DNA from: a virus
Virus record (IMG/VR): IMGVR_UViG_3300044846_005371
Location: 56,169 to 120,168 of that record
Strand: one strand, 5' to 3'
DNA: 64,000 nt
Of this stretch, positions 1 through 10,274 are shown in pieces. The notes under the pieces are model-generated. The model was not told where the DNA came from, did no database searches, and was given only the letters and a program-made list of their open reading frames with translations. The stretch's first letter is position 1. Each line of letters starts with the position of its first letter. The position numbers and the translations under genes are program-made.

Positions 1-2
1 TT

Positions 3-2195
3 AGGTACGCAAACGTATTTAAAAATAGACTAGGAGAATATCAAGTACTATTCAAAGGATTTAAAATAACTCTTAAAGATATAATAGATCCTTCTCTATT
101 ACAGGAAGACGGTCGACCAGTATATTCTGCTAATTCTACTCGATTTGATGGATATAAGTTTAGTGCTCTTCTTAAAGCTAAGAAGGAAGATATAAATGAT
201 CCTACTGTTCCCCCTATTTCATATAGGGTCATTGAACACACAGACTATAAGTTCATATTGCTTTTAATAGAAGTTTCATTAGGCGACCTCTCTGACATAG
301 ACGATTATCGTAAAGAACTATATGGAATTATATCGAATGGTCAGGACCCAGATGCGATTCAACCGAATGATCCCGACATGTATTCAGTATTTCCATCTGG
401 AAAATACTCATATCAGACGATTAATGGAGATTACCGAATACAGTTTACTAGCGTTGATGGAACTGAAATTTCAAATCTAAGCCATCTATTTTTATATGCA
501 TTTAAGCATAAAAAGTACAATGCACTGTTTGATTCTTTCTCAAACGCTAAACTTGCCTCAAAGATAAATTTAGGAAGTATTGATTTGCCTAAACTCGACA
601 ATCCAAGCTATCCAAATTATCCTTTTTCTCTAAAGGAAGAAACTACACCTAGGAAAACTAATACTACTTACTTAGGAGTTAGATTCATAAATACTGGGGC
701 AGAATATGTACTTGATGAGTATGATACTACTTTACTTACTCCAAAATTTATAAGTCCAATATCTGATGCAAATATAAATTTCTTAAGTTTATATGAGTCA
801 TCCGATAATCCATTTTTAATAGATGCATCAACTGGTGGACCATTTCAACCAATCCCATCAGCGTTAAGCTCAAATTTCTTTAAAACTAAAGCAGTGTTTA
901 AGATAATTAGCGGCGGTGAATTATATTACGAATCTCTTTTCTCAAAATTATCATTTGCTAATTTTAAAAAATATGTGAACGATTATTCAGCATTCATAGA
1001 GTATGAATCTTATTCTCTAGTTGATGGGATACCTGAATTATCAACGTCTCCTAGATTTTATGTTGAAGTCGTTTCACCTAAAGAAATTTATAAAACATCG
1101 GCACTTGTAGTTCAAGAAGATACTGATAGACCTGCTCAATTTTCATCAAGTTCTTCAATATCTACAAAAAAGTTTGAAGGTCAAAAATTATCTACGATAC
1201 CAAACAATACTGTCGCACCATTAATAGGATATCGTTACGGAAGAGTTAACTTATCTTCTCCTTATCATATTACACGATATGATGGAGGATACGAGCCACT
1301 ATTTAAAAATGTTTCAAAATTTGTTTCAACTTTCAAGTTTACTCAAAATGATATTGACGACCTAGATCAAAGCAACACCAAGTTGAATGTATATGCTGAT
1401 CACTTCTATGATTTAGTAAATTTCAATCACCTTAAAATAGCTGATTCTAAGATACTTACATTGGAATCCGACGATCAATATGATCCAGTTTATGAGCTAA
1501 TTGACGAAATTTCAATAGGTCGAAACGACATGTTTGTATTTAGTTCAAATTGGGATTATGGATTTCACCATAAGTATTCAACAAAAGTTTTAAGCTCGCC
1601 TGTTTCTGGAACTCTTAGAATAGAAGAAGACTCTGCATTTTTAAATAAGTTGATGCAACTTCCAACTTCAATAGAACTTGAAAATTTTGTAAAAACTGAT
1701 ATTTCTCCAAATGTTGAATTGAAGGACATTAATCCAGCACAATATGAATTAGCATTTAGAGAGACAGATTTTGAAGTTTCAGGGATCATAAACATAGGAA
1801 ATGTACTAAGCACTTACCTATTAAATAATGGGTTCATTCAGCCTTTTCAAGAACTAATTCCACAGACTTCAGAGTACATCGGAAATTATTCAACTCTAAC
1901 TAATTATGTAAAAGCATATATTGAAAAGAATATTAACCGACTATATGAAATAGAAACAATTGAATTTTACACAAAAGTTAGTAAATCTACGATATCTTCT
2001 CAAGTCGGAGTTGCAAATGTCAATACTATAGCGTTTTCATTTTTAACTGATGCTCAAAGGTATCAACAGGGATTTGTTCTATCAAAAGATTTTAAAATAA
2101 ATAAAACAGGTAAACTTAATCTCACGTATGAGTTTAATAAACCAATAAACGCTGGTGTAATAATCAGTCCAAAAATAAAAATTAAGTTCATCTAA
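3..2195 (+). CDS. Large virion structural protein, C-terminal part (5'-truncated by window)
   Basis: The frame of the 258..2195 ORF is open back to position 3 (RYANVFKNRLGEY...), so the gene starts before the window. Its stop overlaps the ATG of the tail-fibre gene (TAATG). No catalytic motifs recognised. Confidence 0.65.
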   Translation, partial: RYANVFKNRLGEYQVLFKGFKITLKDIIDPSLLQEDGRPVYSANSTRFDGYKFSALLKAKKEDINDPTVPPISYRVIEHTDYKFILLLIEVSLGDLSDIDDYRKELYGIISNGQDPDAIQPNDPDMYSVFPSGKYSYQTINGDYRIQFTSVDGTEISNLSHLFLYAFKHKKYNALFDSFSNAKLASKINLGSIDLPKLDNPSYPNYPFSLKEETTPRKTNTTYLGVRFINTGAEYVLDEYDTTLLTPKFISPISDANINFLSLYESSDNPFLIDASTGGPFQPIPSALSSNFFKTKAVFKIISGGELYYESLFSKLSFANFKKYVNDYSAFIEYESYSLVDGIPELSTSPRFYVEVVSPKEIYKTSALVVQEDTDRPAQFSSSSSISTKKFEGQKLSTIPNNTVAPLIGYRYGRVNLSSPYHITRYDGGYEPLFKNVSKFVSTFKFTQNDIDDLDQSNTKLNVYADHFYDLVNFNHLKIADSKILTLESDDQYDPVYELIDEISIGRNDMFVFSSNWDYGFHHKYSTKVLSSPVSGTLRIEEDSAFLNKLMQLPTSIELENFVKTDISPNVELKDINPAQYELAFRETDFEVSGIINIGNVLSTYLLNNGFIQPFQELIPQTSEYIGNYSTLTNYVKAYIEKNINRLYEIETIEFYTKVSKSTISSQVGVANVNTIAFSFLTDAQRYQQGFVLSKDFKINKTGKLNLTYEFNKPINAGVIISPKIKIKFI

Positions 2196-5100
2196 TGCCA
2201 ATTAGGATTAACCTTAGAGAAGTTTTTGCTTCAGACAGCCAAACAATCGCAGTCGATAAAATAAATTTCAACTTCAACAAAATTCTCGAGTTAGGAGTTG
2301 GTGAAGAAGGACCACTAGGAGATACTGGCCCTCAGGGACCAGCAGGTCCGGTCGGTCCAGAAGGCCCAGTCGGACAAGACGGTATTACTTGGCATGTAGG
2401 TTCAACTGACCCTAACGTAACGCCACCTTCTCCTGTTCAAGATGGAGATTTTTACTTAAATACCTCTGACTCAACTATTTGGCAGTGGGATGAAGGTGGA
2501 ACTGTGTGGAATCAATTAATTGATTTTACAACAATAATAAATGCTTACTTAGCGACTACTACTCAAACCTTTTTTAGAGGATTTGGTGATCCTTCCGATA
2601 CTAACTTTATAGTTTTTCCAAATAGGGACGAAATTGGCGACGGTAGTACTGATATATTGTTTTTATCTAACTTTAATGAAATTACTACACCTATTTCAAA
2701 TTTATCTAGCCCATATACTTCTTTACTAGATGGAGGAATTTTACAAATTTATGCTGATTCTACTGCCGGTGGGTCAGATGCTAGAGCAAATCTAGAATTT
2801 GGAGCGATATACTCAAATGGAGTAGATACTCTAATTAGCGAGAGAGATCAAAACTTAAAAATAAAATACTATCAGCATGATAATGAAGATAGTACATTCA
2901 CGTCAGTTGCTTCATTCAATATTAGTAAGTTAGAAGGCAGTGATATTACAGCAATTGATAGATACGGTGTACTAAAATTTATTACTCCAAATTACGTAGA
3001 TGGAGGAACTAATTCAGAACTATCATTTTACTTGGGATCACAAGGCGGTACTTCATATCTAACATCAGAATCTTTAAATTCATCTGGCTTAGTAATTACT
3101 TCAAGTGCGTCTTACAACTGGATAGAATTCGGTATTGCTGATGATCTATTTTGGTCAGATTCAACCTACGCATATCGTGATGCAGATTCAGATTTTTTGA
3201 ATATTTCAGGAAACAATAAAAATTATGTTTATCTGAAGGGAGGAGACAACACATCAGGCGTTTTCATAGATTCAACATTAGTTCAAGATTCCGGAGATAT
3301 TATTCAAGCTGGAACTGGCAGCTTTGTTAAAAATAAAGTAATCACACCTCCAATAAATACTGGACAAAGTGCGTCAGATTATTCTAAACATACTGGAATG
3401 GCGATGTATGGCGACAGAATTTATGTAGTTCATGGAGACCCTACGTTAACTACTTCAATTAGTAGCACAGCTTCAGCGTACGACAAGTATCACGTTTTAT
3501 TAGCAACTGACCCTTCTAATTTAAAAAACTGGATAACTCAAGAGAATCTTTCACTTAGCTCAACTTCTTCTAGTTTTTTATATGGTGCATGTGATATTGA
3601 TATTGCTGGAGATTATGCATATATTGTAAGTAACCATACATCCGACCGAAGCGGTACAAAAATCCCTTTTGCTATTGCAAAAATAGACGAAGAATATCAC
3701 GGCGAGTTAACATTACTATATTCATTGTCTAATAGTAATTACTCAAATGGTGCAATTACGTCAAGTAATACGCAATCCGATAATAACTTGGGATACGCTT
3801 GGACAAATCTATCTGCCGCCTACCGCCTTAAAGTTAAAGGAAATATCGCATACGTTATTAACAAATATGATGATGATTCCGCTTTTTCTGGAGACGGGAT
3901 AGAAGGTGATCAAGCCGGTGCATACTTATCTGCTATAGATATAAGTAATCCATACAATCCAATTATTGTAAATTCAGTCGTTTCCTCAGGAGAAAAGAGA
4001 AGTACTGATATGGCAGGTACTACTTATTCTTACGGAGGATATCGTCACCTTGCGCTAGATGTAAATAAATCAATTGCTGCTACTTTAACCTGGAAAAGAC
4101 TAACTACTGGTGCTTCTTCTCCAGATTACTCAAGAGACGAGTTTGGAGATGATGTAACTAGTGGAACTACCAATCAAATCATATTAAATCTATATGATCT
4201 TTCGGATGCTAGAACAGATGCCGACTTAATATATTCTCCTGACGCTACTGAAGAGCTCCCAAGTGTACCAAATCTTCGTAGATTTTCAGCAACTCCAATT
4301 CAGACCCAATCGACCGGCCCGTTAACTGACTTTGGATCAGTCTCAATATTTAGAAATTATGTATTTGTATCTTGGGAAAATAGCGTATATGTATACCAAA
4401 TACCTAATAATATTAAGCCTAATGTTGAGTCATTAATTGCAAATCCAGCAACCTCTTTGTTAACTTATGAGATGGCTGACTCTACTTATTATGCAATTGA
4501 TAGTAAGATATCAGGAAGATTCCTATATGTTCTATGGAGAAAAACAGTAGGTACTACTGGTGTAGTAACTAAACACGATATCTTTAAGATGATTGAGGTC
4601 GGTGGAAACAGTTCACTTGAACCGATTGCATCATATCAATTTGCACTTGAGTCTTCATATGGAAATGGAGTAAGCAGACTACTTATAAATGGCAAATATG
4701 TTTATGTTTCGTCATCTCATTCAGATGACCAGTTCGGCAGTGAACCATTAAACATAAAAACTTTGAGTTCAGACGGTATTATTTCGCCAGCTGCTCATAT
4801 AGACTCCATCCAAACTTCTATCTTAAAGGTAAATGAAACCATAAATGTTGGAGATTCTGCAAATATTGGACACTCTTTAAACGTAGGATCTGGAGGAATT
4901 GCGACAACTGGTCCTGTTTCTGCCCGTGGAATAAATGGAAATTTCCATAACTTTGGAGTAAGCGCGCCTTTAAGTAATTCATTTAACCCAACAATTAGTT
5001 CTCATGATAAGCCACTTTGTGGAATTTCATCGAATTTATCAATTTTACAAAGCGGATTATATCAATTTACTAATATTAGTCCTACTACTGAACAAAGATT

Positions 5101-5545
5101 TTTTACATTTACTCACACTGCCCAAGGCACACCAGTGCCTTATTCTGGAGGATTCCAAGCGATACGTTTACTTTGGACTAGAGTCGGGAATGTTGTAAAT
5201 GTATCAGGATTTGTGTATGTAGAAAGTACCCCTCTTCCTGCGTTATATGGATTCGCATTTCCAGCTCCATTGTATCCTGCTGAAATTTCGTCAGACGGTC
5301 CATATTCTTTATATGCAGCTGGCGTAGGTAACGCAATAGGAGGAGGTGTTCAAGTTTCAGGAACACTTAGTGCGTATTATGATGTAGATATTTCAACAAC
5401 TATTGAGTGCATCAACGTTGTTACTGGAGAACTTGAAGATCTATCTGTTCCCTACCTAGCTTTACGATTTTTTAATAATGATATTGATCAAGAGCTAGGT
5501 AATTTCTACTTTTCAGGTTCTTATTTGCTAACTAACCTTAGTTAA
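2195..5545 (+). CDS. Tail fibre / receptor-binding protein with collagen-like segment and LVIVD-type beta-propeller repeats
   Basis: Nine G-X-Y triplets (aa 36-62), then a WHVGSTDP...GDFYLNT module. Repeated units such as DIDIAGDYAYIV, LKVKGNIAYVI, AIDISNPYNP and LLINGKYVYVS. C-terminal WTRVGNVVNVSG motif typical of fibre tips. Confidence 0.7.
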   Translation: MPIRINLREVFASDSQTIAVDKINFNFNKILELGVGEEGPLGDTGPQGPAGPVGPEGPVGQDGITWHVGSTDPNVTPPSPVQDGDFYLNTSDSTIWQWDEGGTVWNQLIDFTTIINAYLATTTQTFFRGFGDPSDTNFIVFPNRDEIGDGSTDILFLSNFNEITTPISNLSSPYTSLLDGGILQIYADSTAGGSDARANLEFGAIYSNGVDTLISERDQNLKIKYYQHDNEDSTFTSVASFNISKLEGSDITAIDRYGVLKFITPNYVDGGTNSELSFYLGSQGGTSYLTSESLNSSGLVITSSASYNWIEFGIADDLFWSDSTYAYRDADSDFLNISGNNKNYVYLKGGDNTSGVFIDSTLVQDSGDIIQAGTGSFVKNKVITPPINTGQSASDYSKHTGMAMYGDRIYVVHGDPTLTTSISSTASAYDKYHVLLATDPSNLKNWITQENLSLSSTSSSFLYGACDIDIAGDYAYIVSNHTSDRSGTKIPFAIAKIDEEYHGELTLLYSLSNSNYSNGAITSSNTQSDNNLGYAWTNLSAAYRLKVKGNIAYVINKYDDDSAFSGDGIEGDQAGAYLSAIDISNPYNPIIVNSVVSSGEKRSTDMAGTTYSYGGYRHLALDVNKSIAATLTWKRLTTGASSPDYSRDEFGDDVTSGTTNQIILNLYDLSDARTDADLIYSPDATEELPSVPNLRRFSATPIQTQSTGPLTDFGSVSIFRNYVFVSWENSVYVYQIPNNIKPNVESLIANPATSLLTYEMADSTYYAIDSKISGRFLYVLWRKTVGTTGVVTKHDIFKMIEVGGNSSLEPIASYQFALESSYGNGVSRLLINGKYVYVSSSHSDDQFGSEPLNIKTLSSDGIISPAAHIDSIQTSILKVNETINVGDSANIGHSLNVGSGGIATTGPVSARGINGNFHNFGVSAPLSNSFNPTISSHDKPLCGISSNLSILQSGLYQFTNISPTTEQRFFTFTHTAQGTPVPYSGGFQAIRLLWTRVGNVVNVSGFVYVESTPLPALYGFAFPAPLYPAEISSDGPYSLYAAGVGNAIGGGVQVSGTLSAYYDVDISTTIECINVVTGELEDLSVPYLALRFFNNDIDQELGNFYFSGSYLLTNLS
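2300..2383 (+). repeat. Collagen-like Gly-X-Y repeat
   Basis: GEE GPL GDT GPQ GPA GPV GPE GPV GQD G. Confidence 0.9.
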
Positions 5546-6345
5546 ATCCATTGACCACTAGTGAATGGCATGATCTTTTCGCTAAAGATTAGCTTGTGCA
5601 TTTCACCAATTATATTGATTTCAAACGCTAGATTTTTGAGAAGCCCTTTATTTAGAATGACAATGTCCTTCATTACTTGAGCTACTTGATTTTCATCGCA
5701 ATCTTTTTGCATTATCGCAAAACATACATTAGTATTTGGAGTCATGTTGCTAAGCTGATCGATATTCAATTCATCAACTGCCTCTTTAAGAGCATTTTCC
5801 TTGACTTTCTTCAGTGTGACTTCACCAACCTGTGAGAAAGAGTAATTAAAGTTTTTTCTACGATCCTCCTTAAGCTTCCATACAGTATATGTGAGAGTTC
5901 CTTCATAATTTGTGACTATAAAAATCTCCTTTTCTTTATGTAATCCTGGATTAGTCATAAATATCTTTACTCCCTCCATTATGTCTAACTGGATATCCAT
6001 ATAGTCTAATATGAGATTTGAGAATACATAATTTGCATTCTTAAATATTTCAACAGTGTCTTGAGGTATATTATAAATTTCCTTAAGTTGTTCTTTAATC
6101 GCTTTTAGTCGAGGTTCGTTAAAAATGGGTCTTAACTTGAAGTCAAATACAAATCCTTCAACTGCTAAATTATTTAAGTTTAGACTGTGAAATAGAACTT
6201 CAGTAAATCTTGAAATATTCCCTTCATCAATCTCTTTCTTGTACTTTTGATTAGCCGCGAGTAGAATGTATGCGAAGTATTCTGGGTCCAAATACCTTCC
6301 CTTTGTGATCCATAGCGGATCCAGTATGTATTCGCTCTTCTTCAT
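5542..6345 (-). CDS. Hypothetical protein
   Basis: 267-aa ORF filling the gap between convergent and divergent genes; preceded by a late-promoter motif. Confidence 0.75.
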   Translation of the reverse strand: MKKSEYILDPLWITKGRYLDPEYFAYILLAANQKYKKEIDEGNISRFTEVLFHSLNLNNLAVEGFVFDFKLRPIFNEPRLKAIKEQLKEIYNIPQDTVEIFKNANYVFSNLILDYMDIQLDIMEGVKIFMTNPGLHKEKEIFIVTNYEGTLTYTVWKLKEDRRKNFNYSFSQVGEVTLKKVKENALKEAVDELNIDQLSNMTPNTNVCFAIMQKDCDENQVAQVMKDIVILNKGLLKNLAFEINIIGEMHKLIFSEKIMPFTSGQWI

Positions 6346-6353
6346 AAGCTTTC

Positions 6354-6368
6354 TTTTTATTATTTATT
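6354..6368 (-). promoter_or_regulatory. Putative late promoter (AATAAATAATAAAAA)
   Basis: Recurrent intergenic motif resembling the T4 late -10 box TATAAATA. Confidence 0.6.
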
Positions 6369-6406
6369 TTACTCAATTTCAAGTACCAGTTTAGCGTAGA
6401 TTATTT

Positions 6407-6422
6407 GAATAAATAATAAAAA
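6407..6422 (+). promoter_or_regulatory. Putative late promoter (GAATAAATAATAAAAA) of the neck/tail-completion operon
   Basis: Same motif, 15 nt upstream of the ATG at 6438. Confidence 0.65.
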
Positions 6423-6437
6423 GTCGTATTCTGCTTC

Positions 6438-8597
6438 ATGGCAAGAGCAACAATCAAGCTAGTAATTGATCCTGACCGTAATAAATTAACTTTTAGTAAA
6501 AATTTTAGGATATTTTCAACGGATGAGCCGCTATCTGGAATAGTTGCATTTTCTGAATATTTGGAAAGTATAGATGTAACTTCTCCAAATACACTAGATC
6601 TAAATAGTTACTTATTCAGATCATTTAGGTATTCATCAAATAAGGAAGATTGGTCATTATGGTACTCAGTTTCTCCAACAAATACTTCTGAGATTTCATC
6701 AATTATATTGGATCCAGCTTCCAAGTTTTACTTTGAAATAAAATACGAATACGATAATGGTAATTTTGAGGAATTAGACAGTGCTATTCAAATCAATGAA
6801 ATTAAGCTAAGATTTGAAAAAGCTGACGACTCTTTACCAGATTCCTATGCGCCTAGAGTAGTATGTTCAAATGAGCGTTGCACAAATTTCATAACCACTA
6901 CTAATCCATCATTTAAACCATATCAAGTCGACTCAGCTATAGATATGTACCGCGAGCTTTCGCTATATACTAATAAGATATTTGGACATGATGTCGTTTA
7001 CTTTAAAACTGAACCTGATTCAGATAGTGGAGACTATATCTTTAAGGAATGGACACTTTACAAAAACATAGATCGTAAATGTTTAAAGGTAGTTGTTCCA
7101 AAGAACTCCTTTCCTTCAAATGCTCCTAAATTTACTGAATTTGGAATGGATTTTCAATTACCATTTGAAGTCCATATCGATCATAGGTATTTTCAATCAA
7201 TTTTTGGAGCAGGTACTGAACCTAGAGTTAGGGACTTTTTATATTTTCCTCTCTTAAATAGAATGTTTGAAATACAAGGAAGTTACATTCATAAAGGCTT
7301 TATGATGACTCCAACTTATTGGAAAGTATCGCTTAAGAAGTACAATCCAAATATCGACATGCTTCTTACTGATGATAGTCGACACTTCTTAGATAACGTT
7401 ATTCAAAGTGCTGAACAATTATTCTCTGCTCAAGTCGAGCAGTCTACTTCAGATGCTAAAATGACAAAGCAGTACGAAAATATTACAACGACTTTTGATT
7501 CATCACGTAAAGCAATACACTTTGACCTCATGACTAAGCAGCTAAAATACAATTTTAATCACGCTAGTCTAATTCAAAACTATTATGATTTAACAAAAAT
7601 AGTTCCAGTTCAAAAGACATATCAACTAACAAATGATGATCCAGTTGTCTCGATTAGCATGAATCATGTATCTCTTCAGGATTTGGATCAAAATTCTCCA
7701 AATTCTCATTACGTTATTCTTGCGTATCAGGAAAGTGAAATATTTAGCGCATGGCAAAATAATGCTCTATTTACATACGATAAAAATTTCTATGGAACTA
7801 TCACTAGATATCTTAGAGTTAGGGGACCTTTTGATACTATTCCAAATCACATTGGCCAGTCCGAATCCGGTCGATATTTAAGACTTGAGGCGTATAAAGA
7901 CCTTAGCTTAAAATCTCAAGTCAATGTTGCAGTAGATGCTATTCCAGGGACAGAGTTTAAAGTTTCTCTTAGGGATTCGGCAGTCGTTTATTCTTCTACT
8001 CCAAGATTCGATGAGTCGACTGTTAAAAACTTGACGTTTACTTGTCTATTTTGCGTGCCTACTCAAGTTGCAGAAACTTTACATTTTGTAAACGGATATG
8101 ATTCAACTGAGCTTTCGGGTTTAAAAATATCAGCAAATTACGTTCCTACAACAACCGCAGCCGTTGATCAACCGCTTGGTGATATTACATTGAATGTAGA
8201 TATTAATGAGATAACTAAAACCGTATCTGGTTCAAACATAAAGCTTGGAAAATGGTATGCATTAGTTGTTTCTTTATCTAATGAGTTTAAACAATGCGGA
8301 ATTAACGTGTATGAGATACTTGAAGATCCATCTGACCTAACAAATCATAATGAATTATTACAAGTTATTAACTATACATCTAGCTTAGTTCCGCAAATAT
8401 TTAATCTGACTACTCAGTATACTCTACCTAGCTCAAATATGTACATTGCAAATCTTAGATTGTTTAATACGATGATCAAACAAGAACAGCACAGTTTCAT
8501 ACTTAGCCAGCAATTCATCAAAGATGAGTCTAGTTTGATCTTAATCGACAACTGTCGTTCACAAACAAACTTACCATTTATCGCTAAAAATAGATAA
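6438..8597 (+). CDS. Neck protein, T4 gp14-like core with N- and C-terminal extensions
   Basis: Central YRELSLY...FGHDVVYF...FGMDFQLPFEVHI...PRVRDFLYFPLLNRMFEI pattern resembles gp14. Directly followed by a gp15-like gene. Confidence 0.6.
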   Translation: MARATIKLVIDPDRNKLTFSKNFRIFSTDEPLSGIVAFSEYLESIDVTSPNTLDLNSYLFRSFRYSSNKEDWSLWYSVSPTNTSEISSIILDPASKFYFEIKYEYDNGNFEELDSAIQINEIKLRFEKADDSLPDSYAPRVVCSNERCTNFITTTNPSFKPYQVDSAIDMYRELSLYTNKIFGHDVVYFKTEPDSDSGDYIFKEWTLYKNIDRKCLKVVVPKNSFPSNAPKFTEFGMDFQLPFEVHIDHRYFQSIFGAGTEPRVRDFLYFPLLNRMFEIQGSYIHKGFMMTPTYWKVSLKKYNPNIDMLLTDDSRHFLDNVIQSAEQLFSAQVEQSTSDAKMTKQYENITTTFDSSRKAIHFDLMTKQLKYNFNHASLIQNYYDLTKIVPVQKTYQLTNDDPVVSISMNHVSLQDLDQNSPNSHYVILAYQESEIFSAWQNNALFTYDKNFYGTITRYLRVRGPFDTIPNHIGQSESGRYLRLEAYKDLSLKSQVNVAVDAIPGTEFKVSLRDSAVVYSSTPRFDESTVKNLTFTCLFCVPTQVAETLHFVNGYDSTELSGLKISANYVPTTTAAVDQPLGDITLNVDINEITKTVSGSNIKLGKWYALVVSLSNEFKQCGINVYEILEDPSDLTNHNELLQVINYTSSLVPQIFNLTTQYTLPSSNMYIANLRLFNTMIKQEQHSFILSQQFIKDESSLILIDNCRSQTNLPFIAKNR

Positions 8598-8603
8598 TAT
8601 TAT

Positions 8604-9389
8604 ATGCAAACAGTAAACAGCGAAAACATAACAAATTCTAACGTAAAGGACATCTTTCTTAGAAATGCAACAATTTCATTACTGGATCTTCTGAATAAAC
8701 AAATAATAATCGATCTAGTTAGAAAGGATGTTGTTGAACGCCATCCGATTCCTTTCTTTTACAACTTTGCTGGAGATGAAGGTTTCATGAAAGATTTTTT
8801 CATCGATCTTCCAGATGATTGTACGTATCCTAAGTTTGCTGATGGAAACTATGACCAGGTTCCTAGAGGAATAGTAACATTAAGCTCTTTTCAAATAAGA
8901 TCAGCTGATTTTACTAACAAATTCGTTAGAGGAAGTTTTAATCAGGAGACCCGTGATGTTAACGATCAAAAAGTTCTAAAAGCATATTCTTCAAGACTGA
9001 TGACCATTCCAATGAGTTTGAAATTTGATATTAAGATCAATAGCGATAATATGAATAAAACTTTCAAAATAATTGAAAGAATTATCGATTTTTACTATAA
9101 GAATAATGTTACTTACTTTCAATTTAGAGGAATTCGAATACCTGCACAAATAACTTTTCCTGAAGCTGAAAACTTTACTAAAAAATATGATTTTACTTAC
9201 TCTGATGATAAGATGGTGATTACTAACTTTACAATCGATATGGAAACGTATTATCCTAGCTTTAGCGATCACGGTGTGTTCTATAAGGGTAATAACATTC
9301 GTCAAGTAAACGTGCGATCGTCTATTCAAGATTCTGGAGTAACTTTATCAGATTCTTGGGTCGATCCTGATTTTCCACCAGCTGAATAA
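8604..9389 (+). CDS. Tail sheath stabiliser/terminator, T4 gp15-like
   Basis: PIPFFY, VPRGIVTL and IPMSLKFDIKI...FKIIERIIDFY resemble gp15-family motifs; gene order after gp14-like. Confidence 0.65.
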   Translation: MQTVNSENITNSNVKDIFLRNATISLLDLLNKQIIIDLVRKDVVERHPIPFFYNFAGDEGFMKDFFIDLPDDCTYPKFADGNYDQVPRGIVTLSSFQIRSADFTNKFVRGSFNQETRDVNDQKVLKAYSSRLMTIPMSLKFDIKINSDNMNKTFKIIERIIDFYYKNNVTYFQFRGIRIPAQITFPEAENFTKKYDFTYSDDKMVITNFTIDMETYYPSFSDHGVFYKGNNIRQVNVRSSIQDSGVTLSDSWVDPDFPPAE

Positions 9390-9403
9390 AATAGATAATA
9401 TCA

Positions 9404-9988
9404 ATGGCACTAACTAGACTAAAAAGTTTCAATCAATTTGTAGGAAATTCAGTTCTTTCGGAAGGACTAGACTTTCACATCGCAAATCAACTATGTATAT
9501 CTGAATCGATATTTAGACCTACTTCAAATTCTCACATATCTCTTCTAAACGAAGCCCGTCAACTATTTGAGTCTGGTGAGCTTATAGTTAGCGGAATGGA
9601 TAAAATATTATTTGAAACAACAGATATCGGTCTATTTGGGACTTATCAGGGACGCGAGGTTCCACTCGATCTTCCAATAGATGTGGAACTAAATGAAGCA
9701 ACTAAAGGTGGAAAGAAGGTGACTCTAAATAAACCTATGCGAGGAGGTACTAAAAAGTATCACGTATATGTTAAGAATCCTAAGACCGGAAATATCACGA
9801 AAATAGCATTTGGAGACGTTCATGGAGGACTTACTGCAAAAGTAAGTAATCCTAAAGCTAGAAAGAGTTTTGCAGCAAGACACAACTGTGCAGAAAAGAA
9901 AGATAAAACAAAAGCTGGTTATTGGGCCTGCAGAATAAACAGATATGCTCACCTTTGGGGAGGAAAAACTTATCCTGGATTTTGGTAA
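9404..9988 (+). CDS. Putative head-internal protein with basic C-terminal ARKSF..RHNC...AGYWAC domain
   Basis: Leader KSFNQF...LSE, several (L/I)xE sites, Lys-rich C-terminal domain. Confidence 0.6.
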   Translation: MALTRLKSFNQFVGNSVLSEGLDFHIANQLCISESIFRPTSNSHISLLNEARQLFESGELIVSGMDKILFETTDIGLFGTYQGREVPLDLPIDVELNEATKGGKKVTLNKPMRGGTKKYHVYVKNPKTGNITKIAFGDVHGGLTAKVSNPKARKSFAARHNCAEKKDKTKAGYWACRINRYAHLWGGKTYPGFW

Positions 9989-9989
9989 T

Positions 9990-10244
9990 ATGATATACGA
10001 AGATACAATAAAAGACAATCAATTAATCAGAAACTTTCATGAGGAGATAGATGAAGTTGAATTGAAGTGGCATAGGGATGAAGAGACTAGAATCATAGTT
10101 TCTCTTAATGAGACCGACTGGCAGATACAGCTAGAGAATTCTTTACCTTGCTCATTAAATTCGATTACAGTTATTCCTGCAATGTACTGGCATCGTCTCA
10201 TCAAAGGAACTGGCGATCTTTCTTTAAAAATAGTCAAGTTGTGA
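9990..10244 (+). CDS. Small cupin-like phage protein
   Basis: KWHRDEETR...DWQIQLENSLP...IPAMYWHRLIKG. ATG at 9990 preferred over the overlapping 9945 start. Confidence 0.6.
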   Translation: MIYEDTIKDNQLIRNFHEEIDEVELKWHRDEETRIIVSLNETDWQIQLENSLPCSLNSITVIPAMYWHRLIKGTGDLSLKIVKL

Positions 10245-10274
10245 ATCATTACGCTTTCTAAAAAATAAAAACCT

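Noticed and set aside
4900-5545. Diversity-generating retroelement target at the fibre tip
   Set aside because: No reverse transcriptase and no template/variable repeat pair was seen in the window.
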